From NCBI GenBank assembly GCA_041747555.1, contig JBGTEY010000013.1, positions 208,814 to 272,813 of the forward strand: a stretch of 64,000 bases of DNA, in the 5' to 3' direction. Each line of letters opens with the position of its first letter. The stretch's first letter is position 1. Made by a program: the position numbers and the translations under genes. Under the pieces are notes generated by a model. The model saw only the letters and a list, made by a program, of their open reading frames with translations. It was not told the origin of the DNA and did not search any database. This document shows positions 1 to 11,718 of the stretch, one piece after another. Source of the stretch: Patescibacteria group bacterium (GTDB lineage Bacteria; Patescibacteriota; Microgenomatia; UBA1400; PJMF01).

Positions 1-650
1 TCCTGTCAAATGGACATATTTGTCCAATTTGGTATACGGTTTTAGCATTATCTGGTTATTTTGATGTTGAAGAATTAAAAACACTCCGCAAACTTGGGTC
101 AAAGTTGCAGGGTCACCCTCACTTAAGCAGCGCACCAGGTATAGAAAATACTGCAGGACCACTGGGACAAGGTCTATCCCAAGCAGCGGGTATAGCACTG
201 GGAAACTTGATGGATGGCAAAAGAAATCATACCTACTGCATCATGAGTGATGGAGAACAACAAGAAGGTCAAAATTGGGAAGCATATATGTTTGCGGGGG
301 CACGACGCCTCCATAACTTAACCGTATTGATAGATCGAAATAATATTCAAATTGACGGATTTACCGAAGATATCATGCCACTACAACCATTTAAACATAA
401 ATTAGAGGCGTTTCGCTGGAATGTGCTCGACATTGATGGACACAATATTGAACAGATCATCGACGCCTGCAATCAAGCAAAATCCACCCAAGAACAACCA
501 ACCGCCATTATTTGTAACACCATCCCAGGTAAAGGTGTTGAATTTATGGAAGACATGGTGGAATGGCACGGTCAACCACCTGATAAAAAACAAGCACGCC
601 AAGCACTCAAGGATCTACGAACGCTCCAGGGCAGAATTTGGTGGGAGTAG
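1..650 (+). CDS. transketolase, N-terminal (thiamine-diphosphate-binding) subunit; 5' end cut by window edge
   Basis: ORF 105-650 (HPHLSSAPGIENTAGPLGQGLSQAAGIALG..MSDGEQQEGQNWEA) matches the TPP-binding half of split transketolase. The frame stays open and sensible back to nt 3 (..LALSGYFDVEELKTLRKLGSKLQGHPH). The C-terminal subunit gene follows 30 nt downstream. Confidence 0.8.
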   Translation, partial: LSNGHICPIWYTVLALSGYFDVEELKTLRKLGSKLQGHPHLSSAPGIENTAGPLGQGLSQAAGIALGNLMDGKRNHTYCIMSDGEQQEGQNWEAYMFAGARRLHNLTVLIDRNNIQIDGFTEDIMPLQPFKHKLEAFRWNVLDIDGHNIEQIIDACNQAKSTQEQPTAIICNTIPGKGVEFMEDMVEWHGQPPDKKQARQALKDLRTLQGRIWWE

Positions 651-680
651 CTAGAAATACGTGAGTAAATCAGGTCAATT

Positions 681-1649
681 ATGAGTTCAAAACAAAAAAA
701 ACAACCAACCGGCACCACCAGAGATGGATTTGGGGAAGGTTTGGTGGCTGCGGCTCAAGAAAATGACCAGATTGTGGGACTTTGTGCCGACCTGACTGAA
801 TCAACCAGAATGGAACAGTTTAGAGAAACGTTTCCTAAGCGATTTGTGCAGGTGGGAGTTGCAGAAGAAAATATGGTTGGCCTTGCTGCAGGTCTTGCAC
901 TGAGCGGAAAAGTTCCTTTCACCAGCAGCTATGCAGCGTTTAGTCCTGCAAATTCATGGGGACCAATTCGTTCCACGGTTTGTTATTCCAGGCTAAACGT
1001 GAAGTTCCACGGTGGACATTCAGGCCTTTCTGTAGGTCCAGATGGTGCCACGCACCAAGCATTAGAAGATATTGCACTCATGCGAGTTTTACCGCATATG
1101 ACAGTAGTCGTTCCTGCTGACAAAGGCCAGGCATTTGCTGCCACCAAAGCTATCGCCGCAGAACCAGGACCGTGCTACATCCGCACCAGCAAATTTGAAG
1201 TCGAAGAAGTGACGAAAGGTCACAGCTTTGAGCTTGGCAAAGCCCAGGTGCTATCAAAAGGCAAAGATGTCACCATCGTAGCCTGTGGAATTATGGTTGA
1301 ACGAGCAGTTGCGGCCGCCAAAAAACTGTCCGGTGAGATTTCAGCAACCGTCATCAACATGCACACCATTAAACCCCTCGATGTCAAAACACTCATGATT
1401 AATGTCAGTAAAACCCAAGCAGTGGTAGTCGCAGAAGATCACCAACGAGCAGGTGGACTCGGGTCGGCAATTGCAGAAGCAGTAGTGTTAGAAGATGTGC
1501 AAGTATTTATGGAACACGTGGCAGTAGAAGACACCTTTGGTGAATCAGGTCCTCCAGAAGAAGTATTGAAAAAATATGGCCTAACGCGTGATCATATTAT
1601 CGCGGCCGTAGAGAAGAGTATTTCGAGAAAAAAACACAACAGTAGATAA
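681..1649 (+). CDS. transketolase, C-terminal (pyrimidine-binding + C-terminal domain) subunit
   Basis: 322 aa. FVQVGVAEENMVGLAAGLALSGKVPF..GPDGATHQALEDIALMRVLPHMTVVVPAD is the conserved transketolase Pyr/C-terminal signature. Sits directly downstream of the N-terminal subunit. Confidence 0.85.
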   Translation: MSSKQKKQPTGTTRDGFGEGLVAAAQENDQIVGLCADLTESTRMEQFRETFPKRFVQVGVAEENMVGLAAGLALSGKVPFTSSYAAFSPANSWGPIRSTVCYSRLNVKFHGGHSGLSVGPDGATHQALEDIALMRVLPHMTVVVPADKGQAFAATKAIAAEPGPCYIRTSKFEVEEVTKGHSFELGKAQVLSKGKDVTIVACGIMVERAVAAAKKLSGEISATVINMHTIKPLDVKTLMINVSKTQAVVVAEDHQRAGGLGSAIAEAVVLEDVQVFMEHVAVEDTFGESGPPEEVLKKYGLTRDHIIAAVEKSISRKKHNSR

Positions 1650-1686
1650 ATAACACACATCTTCAAAATTGGCAGCTGCTCTTACC

Positions 1687-2532
1687 TTATTTCTGACAAT
1701 TCCCACAAACATACGTCCCACGTCCTGCAATTTTCATTTTTTGAATGTGCGCACTACAATTGGGACAAGGTTGACCCTCGCGTGCATACACCCGTCGCAC
1801 ATTTTGATAGGTGCCCGTCAAACCTTCTGCTGTCACGTAGGTATCAATGCTTGCGCCACCATGTTGAATTCCAAGCCGAATAACAGTTTTTGTTGCGGCA
1901 AGTAATCGCTCCGTTTCAGTTCTCGACAGAGTTTGAGCAATTCTTGTGGGGTGAATTTTTGCTAAGTTGAGCGCGTCACATGCATAGATATTTCCAACTC
2001 CCGCCGCCACACTATTGTCGAGTAAAAATTGCTTGATAGTAATGGATCGGCGCTGGGCTTTTTGAAAATAGTAGTCGATGGTGACCCCTGAATCAGTGAT
2101 ATCAGGACCATAATTCTTGAATTCATCGATGAGTGCGTCGCTCTCAAGATGCTTTACCCAACCAAAGATTCTCTGATCGTTGAAGTATAAGTTGCTCCCG
2201 TCTTCAAAAGAAAGTATCACTCGAGTATGACTGCTCGGCAAGTCTCTAGTCCAGTCGGCAGTGGGGTGTCCACCACCCAATTTTACTCTGTCATCAATGT
2301 AAATAAGCTGCCCAGTCATTTTGAGGTGCACCAGCAATGCCGTATTGTCAGACAGCGAGATGGTGATTATTTTCGCCCGCCTGCTGATATCCACAACTGA
2401 TTTTGCAGCAAGTTGTGATTTTTGCCCCTGAAAACTTTTTGGATGTAGAATTGCAATTTTTTGTATTGTTTTACCAGGTAAAACCGATTGCAGTCTTTGG
2501 GCAATGGTTTCAACTTCGGGAAGTTCTGGCAT
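1687..2532 (-). CDS. mutM: formamidopyrimidine-DNA glycosylase (Fpg/MutM)
   Basis: N-terminus MPELPEVETIAQRL carries the catalytic Pro2/Glu3 motif. C-terminal zinc finger CPNC..CGNC is present. Length 281 aa. Confidence 0.85.
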   Translation of the reverse strand: MPELPEVETIAQRLQSVLPGKTIQKIAILHPKSFQGQKSQLAAKSVVDISRRAKIITISLSDNTALLVHLKMTGQLIYIDDRVKLGGGHPTADWTRDLPSSHTRVILSFEDGSNLYFNDQRIFGWVKHLESDALIDEFKNYGPDITDSGVTIDYYFQKAQRRSITIKQFLLDNSVAAGVGNIYACDALNLAKIHPTRIAQTLSRTETERLLAATKTVIRLGIQHGGASIDTYVTAEGLTGTYQNVRRVYAREGQPCPNCSAHIQKMKIAGRGTYVCGNCQK

Positions 2533-2558
2533 GATTTATTTAAAGTAGAGGGGTAGTT

Positions 2559-2635
2559 TGGTGGGTCCGCCGGGACTCGAACCCGGGACGCACAGCTTAA
2601 AAGGCTGTCGCTCTAACCGACTGAGCTACGGACCC
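2559..2635 (-). tRNA. tRNA-Lys (anticodon TTT)
   Basis: Reverse complement GGGTCCGTAGCTCAGTCGGTTAGAGCGACAGCCTTTTAAGCTGTGCGTCCCGGGTTCGAGTCCCGGCGGACCCACCA folds as a cloverleaf. Acceptor GGGTCCG pairs with CGGACCC, anticodon loop is CTTTTAA, T-loop is GGTTCGAGTCC, and CCA is encoded. Confidence 0.8.
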
Positions 2636-2784
2636 CCATGAACAGGTAGTATTGTAACACTTTTATCGATGAATGCAGATAAGAAATTCCGATACGATTC
2701 CACACCTTGCAAAAGCCAAATATTTTTTTCATACTACTAGCTGAACCTTTTGCAAAGGACTGCTATACTAGTTACTAAGCCTGC

Positions 2785-4797
2785 ATGCTCAATACACAAA
2801 AACTACTCTACATTCTTCCTGATTTAGCTTACGTTGCAGAGCTTCTTCCTGCAAAAAAGGCGCATACATTTTCTGTCCAATCATTTCGTCAGATCAATGG
2901 CGATTTCATTGATGATAACGAATTCATTGACAAAAATATCGCCAAACTCTTTTCTAAAATTGACCCAGAGGAATACCACATTATTATTCCTGATTTTCTT
3001 TTTACGAATACTATTGTCACCGTAGCAGAAAAAAATGACGCCAAAATTAAAGCGTATCTCAAGGACACACTTCTACCAGATCTTGATCTAAAACCAAAAA
3101 CTCATCTTCTCGAGCCGTTTGTCCTAACAGAGTTTAAAGGTACAGCCAAAGTGCAGCTCTCAGCACTAGAAAAAACGCTTACCAAACCGCTTGCGGTCTG
3201 TGCAGACGCAGCCGGAGTTACCATAAAGGCAATTTCGCCACTCAGCTGGACCATTAAATCGCTTGTATCCCTCGAGCCATCGATTAGTATCGTTCAAGTT
3301 GGATCATATCTTTATACCGCTCAGCACTACATCGGCATTGATATGACGACGCATACTACTATAGAGGAGATGGAAACTATTGCCGAAACCATCAAAACGC
3401 TCAAAGGTGCAGAGCCAAGCATTCAAACGGTCTACTTACTCTCCAATAGCGTGGTAGAAGAAAAACTCAAGGAGTTGCTGAGCAACACCCTACCACTCCA
3501 ACAACTCGTTACCGGTACAGATGAGGACGCGCAGATGCCGTCGTATGTGCAACAAATGATCGAGTCAGGCATGCAAACCTTGTCTATTTCTGATTATCCA
3601 GTGCCTCAATTCAAACCCAACTTAGTACAAGACGATGATAGAAAAGAATTTAAGGAAATTGTCGCGATTGCTTCAAGTCCAGCCACTGCTAAGCCCGACG
3701 ACTCTTCACCAGATTCTACGGATGAAGACGAAGAAGAGGATGAGGAAGAGAAAGAAGATATCAAAGTGGACAAGAAGAAAAAGGATGAGGGTGGAATTGA
3801 CTTAGACGATGAAGACGAAGAGGATTCCAAAATGCAGGCAGAGCCAGAAAAAGACTCTTCAGAACTGCCTAAGCCAACAATGCCCGCCATCGTTGGTGGT
3901 GCAGTTGCCGTTCCCTCAAATGTTAAATCCTTGTCACTCGATGATGAGACGGAAGCAGATGAATCCGAAACCGACGACACCACAGTAGACTCAAAGCAAG
4001 ATGAGCTTGATGCAGCCAGAGAAAAAGTAGAGGATATTACAGATTCTATTGAAAAGCCCGACAAAACCACAAACGCATCTAGCAAATTACATACCAAACA
4101 TGATACTATTGAATCAACTTCTGAGGTAAAAACGGATGAAACTAGCACTACTGACACTGATGATTCTGACGACACTGAAGAAACTGTGGAGGAAGAAGAA
4201 GGCGAACCAGAAAAAATAAATCTGTCTCAATTCGCCAAAACCTCAGGCACAACGGCGCCGACCATAAATACGTCTGCCACAACTAAAAAGAAAATTATAA
4301 AAAACAAATCGGGGGTCAACACTATGCTTAAGATGGTCTTCATAACACTAGCAGTCTTTTTTGCCACCGTCGCGGTCGGCGTAGGTGTAGGTCTTGGCAT
4401 TTTATCGATCACTAATAACGACGCCGGAGTTGACACAAGTCCAGTGGTAGAAAGTACCCCATCTTCAATAGCATCTTCAGAACCATCCCCGTCTCCTTCA
4501 CCAGAACCAGCAATTGCACCAGAAGAACTTTCCATATTGGTTGTAAATGCAACCACCACTGCTGGATACGCAGGTACCTTTGCTGATCAACTTGAAGAAG
4601 CAGAAGTTGGCACAGTAGACGCTGGAAACGCCAGCGGAGACTATGAAGAAGGATTTTATCTACTCATGGAAGAAGAAAATCAAGCACTTCTTGACTTCGT
4701 CGCAGAAGCAACTGATTTGACGCTCACCTACAGCGAAGAGGTTTCAGTAGAGGATTCTGAGGGAGAGTATGACGCGGTCTTAGTCCTCGCGGAGTAA
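2785..4797 (+). CDS. multidomain envelope protein: PilM-like (actin-fold) N-terminal region, long D/E-rich disordered linker, one TM helix, S/P-rich spacer, C-terminal LytR_C (LytR cell-envelope-related attenuator C-terminal) domain
   Basis: 670 aa. Residues ~1-285 are weakly PilM-like. Residues ~290-470 are extremely acidic low complexity (EDEEEDEEEKEDIKVDKKKKDEGGIDLDDEDEED..). The TM helix is MLKMVFITLAVFFATVAVGVGVGLGILSI. The C-terminus LSILVVNATTTAGYAGTFADQLEEA..DAVLVLAE fits the LytR_C pattern (V.NGTg.aGlA....L....v..gna..). Confidence 0.5.
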   Translation: MLNTQKLLYILPDLAYVAELLPAKKAHTFSVQSFRQINGDFIDDNEFIDKNIAKLFSKIDPEEYHIIIPDFLFTNTIVTVAEKNDAKIKAYLKDTLLPDLDLKPKTHLLEPFVLTEFKGTAKVQLSALEKTLTKPLAVCADAAGVTIKAISPLSWTIKSLVSLEPSISIVQVGSYLYTAQHYIGIDMTTHTTIEEMETIAETIKTLKGAEPSIQTVYLLSNSVVEEKLKELLSNTLPLQQLVTGTDEDAQMPSYVQQMIESGMQTLSISDYPVPQFKPNLVQDDDRKEFKEIVAIASSPATAKPDDSSPDSTDEDEEEDEEEKEDIKVDKKKKDEGGIDLDDEDEEDSKMQAEPEKDSSELPKPTMPAIVGGAVAVPSNVKSLSLDDETEADESETDDTTVDSKQDELDAAREKVEDITDSIEKPDKTTNASSKLHTKHDTIESTSEVKTDETSTTDTDDSDDTEETVEEEEGEPEKINLSQFAKTSGTTAPTINTSATTKKKIIKNKSGVNTMLKMVFITLAVFFATVAVGVGVGLGILSITNNDAGVDTSPVVESTPSSIASSEPSPSPSPEPAIAPEELSILVVNATTTAGYAGTFADQLEEAEVGTVDAGNASGDYEEGFYLLMEEENQALLDFVAEATDLTLTYSEEVSVEDSEGEYDAVLVLAE

Positions 4798-4843
4798 CAA
4801 CTTACAAGCACTGAGCATACGCACTGCGTACATATTTTGTTAC

Positions 4844-4871
4844 TTGATGAATAGTAAAGACGCGTTATAAT
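4844..4871 (+). promoter_or_regulatory. sigma-70-type promoter candidate for the atp operon (TTGATG-16 nt-TATAAT)
   Basis: Perfect -10 TATAAT with a TTGATG -35 at 16-nt spacing, about 83 nt upstream of atpB. A second TTGACA lies just downstream (about 4895). Confidence 0.35.
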
Positions 4872-4953
4872 CCAGATTGTTCGCTTGCGTTTGACATGCA
4901 AAAACATGTTAATCGCTCAGTATCGGTTACCAAAAAAATAGAAATTTGAAGAG

Positions 4954-6089
<1,136 letters not shown>

Positions 6090-6138
6090 TCACGAGCTGA
6101 GAGTTTGAAAACGCAATCCTAAATACAAAAGGAGTAGT

Positions 6139-6624
6139 ATGGATATTCAACTTACACAAATACTTTTTCAACTGATTAACTTCAGTGTTGTTCTTGGTGC
6201 TTTAACGTACCTCTTGTACAAGCCTGTTCTCAAAATCTTTGATGAGCGAGCGAGAAGAATTCATGAGGGTCAAAAAGCAGCAGAAGAAGCAATGGAAACT
6301 CAAAACCATATTGAGGAAATAAAAAAAGAAGCTTCCACTTCACTAAAGAGAGAGCGCTCGCGAATGCTTAAAGAAGCACAAGCAGAAGCAGAAGCGCAAA
6401 AAGCTTCCATACTAGAAAAAGCTAACAAACAAGCCGAGCTTGACCTTGAAAAAAAGAAGGCTGCATGGGCACAAGAACATCAACAATTGCTTGCAAATAG
6501 CAAAAATGAAATGATTGAAGCCGTTATCAGCGTTGCTGAGAAAGTAATCGGCGATTCACTTGATACCAAGAGTCAAACTAAATTGATTGATAAAGAACTA
6601 TCTTCAATCATAAAAGCACTCTAG
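6139..6624 (+). CDS. atpF: F0F1 ATP synthase subunit b
   Basis: 161 aa with an N-terminal TM helix followed by a long charged coiled-coil (KKEASTSLKRERSRMLKEAQAEAEAQKA..). Position within the operon fits. Confidence 0.8.
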   Translation: MDIQLTQILFQLINFSVVLGALTYLLYKPVLKIFDERARRIHEGQKAAEEAMETQNHIEEIKKEASTSLKRERSRMLKEAQAEAEAQKASILEKANKQAELDLEKKKAAWAQEHQQLLANSKNEMIEAVISVAEKVIGDSLDTKSQTKLIDKELSSIIKAL

Positions 6625-6635
6625 AGCGCATAAAC

Positions 6636-6872
6636 ATGAAAGACACACTACACGTTACCATTATTACCGCTGTTCCACTTTCGAGTACACAACGGAAAAC
6701 TATCGAATCAGGCGTATCAAAAAAATACCCAAACCAGAGTGTCGCCATTACTGAAGAAATTGATCCACAACTAATTGGAGGAGTTCGACTCCGCATCGGA
6801 TCAGTAGAACATGATCATTCGGTTGCTGGCAAACTCGAACAACTTCGAACTGTGTTAACCAAGACTGACTAA
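6636..6872 (+). CDS. atpH: F0F1 ATP synthase subunit delta (OSCP), C-terminal domain only (78 aa)
   Basis: The C-terminus IDPQLIGGVRLRIGSVEHDHSVAGKLEQLRTVL matches the conserved delta C-terminus. It sits in the operon slot between atpF and atpA. No N-terminal about 100-aa helical domain is encoded; the gap to atpF is only 12 nt. Confidence 0.6.
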   Translation: MKDTLHVTIITAVPLSSTQRKTIESGVSKKYPNQSVAITEEIDPQLIGGVRLRIGSVEHDHSVAGKLEQLRTVLTKTD

Positions 6873-6882
6873 GAGGAACTTC

Positions 6883-8397
6883 ATGCCAAAAAAACAAACC
6901 TTGAACTTTTCCATTGCTGATCAAATTGAGCAAGCAGATATTTCAATTGACCCACAATCAGTCGGAACTGTTCAATCATATGGCGATGGCGTGGCAACAA
7001 TCAATGGACTCGATGACGTTCAAGCGGGTGAGCTCGTTGACCTTGGCAAAAATACTTTCGGTCTCGCACTCAACTTAAATAAAGAAACCACCGGCGTCGT
7101 CGCCCTTGGAGATGCAAATCACCTCAAGCCAGGTAATACTGTCCGTCGCACTGGCCGAATCCTTTCAATTGGGGTCTCAGATGACATTCTTGGCCGTGTT
7201 GTTGACACACTTGGACGTCCTTTAGACGGGGGCACAGAAATTGCCATCGATAAATACATGCTCCTCGAAAAGCGTGCGCCTGGCATTATGCCGCGAAAAT
7301 CAGTATCCGTCCCACTCCAAACTGGAATTAAAGCAATTGACGCCATGATCCCAATTGGCCGCGGTCAGCGTGAGCTTATCATTGGAGACCGATCAACGGG
7401 TAAAACAGCAGTCGCACTCGGCACCATCCTCAACCAAGCTGGCGAAGACGTAATTTGCGTCTACGTCAATATTGGTCAAAAACGTTCTTCCCTTGCTCAA
7501 ATTACCCAAATTTTAGAAGAGCATGGCGCATTTGAGTACACAACAATCGTTTCTGCATCTGCATCAGTTTCTGCAGCAGAAAAATTCTTAGCTCCCTATG
7601 CAGGTCAAGCAATTGCTGAATACTTTTTAGAAAAAGGTAAAGATGTCTTGATTATTTTTGACGACCTTACCAAGCATGCTGATGCGTATCGTGAAATTTC
7701 ACTCCTCCTCAGACGCCCATCTGGTCGTGAAGCTTATCCTGGTGATGTCTTCTATCTCCACTCAAGATTGCTCGAGCGATCGTGTCGGTTGAATGATGAC
7801 CATGGTGGCGGATCCATTACTGCGCTTCCAATTATCGAAACCCAACAAAATGACGTCTCTGCATTTATTCCAACCAACGTTATTTCTATTACTGACGGTC
7901 AAATTTATCTGCAATCAGACCTCTTTAACGCGGGTATGAAACCTGCTATTAATGTAGGATTGTCAGTGTCTCGTGTTGGATCTGCGGCACAAAGAAAAGC
8001 CATGAAACAAGTTGCAGGAACCATGAAACTCGACCTCGCACAATTTAGAGAACTCCAAGCATTCGCTCAATTTGCCTCAGATCTTGATGACAGAACCAAA
8101 TCAGTTCTCGAGAGAGGTCAACGAGTCAATGAAATCCTCAAGCAAGGCTGGGACCAACCGCTCAAAATGGAAGAACAAGTCGTGGTAATTTTCGCTGCAG
8201 TTAAGGGCCATCTCGATACTATCAAACTTGAGAAAATCACTGCTTGGGAGCGTGATTACCTCGAGTATATTAAAACTTCTCACGCAGGCATTCTCAAAGA
8301 AATCGCAACTGAGCTCAAAGTCTCTGAAAAACTAGAAGAAAAACTCACCCAAGCTGTAACCACCTTCCTCAGCCTGAGCGAGGAATACAGCAATTAG
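6883..8397 (+). CDS. atpA: F0F1 ATP synthase subunit alpha
   Basis: 504 aa. Walker A GDRSTGKT. ELIIGDRSTGKTAVAL..QTGIKAIDAMIPIGRGQRE is highly conserved. Confidence 0.95.
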   Translation: MPKKQTLNFSIADQIEQADISIDPQSVGTVQSYGDGVATINGLDDVQAGELVDLGKNTFGLALNLNKETTGVVALGDANHLKPGNTVRRTGRILSIGVSDDILGRVVDTLGRPLDGGTEIAIDKYMLLEKRAPGIMPRKSVSVPLQTGIKAIDAMIPIGRGQRELIIGDRSTGKTAVALGTILNQAGEDVICVYVNIGQKRSSLAQITQILEEHGAFEYTTIVSASASVSAAEKFLAPYAGQAIAEYFLEKGKDVLIIFDDLTKHADAYREISLLLRRPSGREAYPGDVFYLHSRLLERSCRLNDDHGGGSITALPIIETQQNDVSAFIPTNVISITDGQIYLQSDLFNAGMKPAINVGLSVSRVGSAAQRKAMKQVAGTMKLDLAQFRELQAFAQFASDLDDRTKSVLERGQRVNEILKQGWDQPLKMEEQVVVIFAAVKGHLDTIKLEKITAWERDYLEYIKTSHAGILKEIATELKVSEKLEEKLTQAVTTFLSLSEEYSN

Positions 8398-8417
8398 TAG
8401 ACTGATCACCGCACACC

Positions 8418-10702
<2,285 letters not shown>

Positions 10703-10722
10703 AGCTTACTACAGAAAATATC

Positions 10723-11139
10723 ATGAAACTACAACTATCAGTTGTTTCTCAAGAAAGTCAACTTCTTTCAACAGAAGCTGACACCATTACCGCACCAACC
10801 ACCACTGGCGAGGTGACTATTCTACCGAAGCATATTCCGCTCTATAGCAAGCTTCAGACCGGACAATTTTCATACTCAAATGATGGCAAACAGCACTGGC
10901 TCATTATTTCTGATGGTTTTATTACCGTTTCACCAGAAAATGAAGTTACAGTGATTGTAGACGCGGCAACGCTTGCCCGTGATGTTAGTGAACAAAAAGC
11001 ACGAGAAGCTATTCAAGCTGCCAAAAAAACCATGGAAACTACCACCGACCGCAGAGAATTACTTATGGCTGAAGCATCACTTAAAAAAGCCATGCTTGAA
11101 ATTAAGTTGGCACAGCAATCAAAACGATCCTCCCGATAA
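10723..11139 (+). CDS. atpC: F0F1 ATP synthase subunit epsilon
   Basis: 138 aa. Beta-sandwich N-terminus followed by a helical C-terminus (AREAIQAAKK..). Last gene of the operon. Confidence 0.85.
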   Translation: MKLQLSVVSQESQLLSTEADTITAPTTTGEVTILPKHIPLYSKLQTGQFSYSNDGKQHWLIISDGFITVSPENEVTVIVDAATLARDVSEQKAREAIQAAKKTMETTTDRRELLMAEASLKKAMLEIKLAQQSKRSSR

Positions 11140-11187
11140 AAACAAAAAGACTTGCTCTTTAGTAAAAAGTAGGTATACTTACACTCT

Positions 11188-11667
11188 ATGGCGAACCAAA
11201 AAACACCAACTATCGAATTAACTAAGGAAGGTTTCGACGAACTTCAGGCAGAACTTGCTGAACTTCGTGATGTCAAACTTCCTGCCGTTATTGCTCGAGT
11301 TGCCAAAGCGCGCGAACACGGCGATCTATCAGAAAACGCCGAGTATCACAGTGCTCAAGATGATCAACAACTCATCGAGACAAGAATTGCAGAAATTGAT
11401 TCTATTCTTTCTAAAGCAAAAGTAGTTCAACACACCAAAAGTAGCCTTAAAGTCGGCATCGGCTCCAAAGTTGAAGTCAAGAAAAAAGGCGCCAAAAAAG
11501 GCACCACGTTTAGTATCGTTGGAGAGTACGAATCAAACCCAGCTGAAGGCAAAATCTCAAGTGTTTCGCCACTCGGTAAGGCATTGATTGGTAAGAAGAA
11601 GGGCGACACAGTTCAGGTGGAGGCGCCAAGCGGAACAATTTCCTACGAGATTCTTCAAATCAAGTAA
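11188..11667 (+). CDS. greA: transcription elongation factor GreA
   Basis: 159 aa. LTKEGFDELQAELAELR coiled-coil with GDLSENAEYHSAQ acidic tip. C-terminal FKBP-like domain. A TTGCTC-16-TATACT promoter ends 8 nt before the ATG. Confidence 0.85.
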   Translation: MANQKTPTIELTKEGFDELQAELAELRDVKLPAVIARVAKAREHGDLSENAEYHSAQDDQQLIETRIAEIDSILSKAKVVQHTKSSLKVGIGSKVEVKKKGAKKGTTFSIVGEYESNPAEGKISSVSPLGKALIGKKKGDTVQVEAPSGTISYEILQIK

Positions 11668-11718
11668 CCACAATCTCAATTCAACAAGAAAAATTGCCTT
11701 CATCTCAGTATAATCACC

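Noticed and set aside
402-654. Small ORFs 402-602(-) and 421-654(+) inside the transketolase N-subunit gene
   Set aside because: They are nested in alternative frames of a strongly supported conserved gene and have no motifs.
3606-4559. Minus-strand ORFs 3606-4175 and 4227-4559 (serine-rich translations)
   Set aside because: They are shadow ORFs on the antisense of the GAA/GAT-rich acidic linker of the 2785-4797 gene. Their low-complexity poly-Ser translation is the complement of poly-Glu/Asp, and they are fully nested in a better-supported gene.
10973-11221. 82-aa ORF bridging atpC and greA
   Set aside because: It overlaps the 3' end of atpC out of frame and the greA promoter, and has a low-complexity basic translation. 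The greA promoter elements occupy this region.
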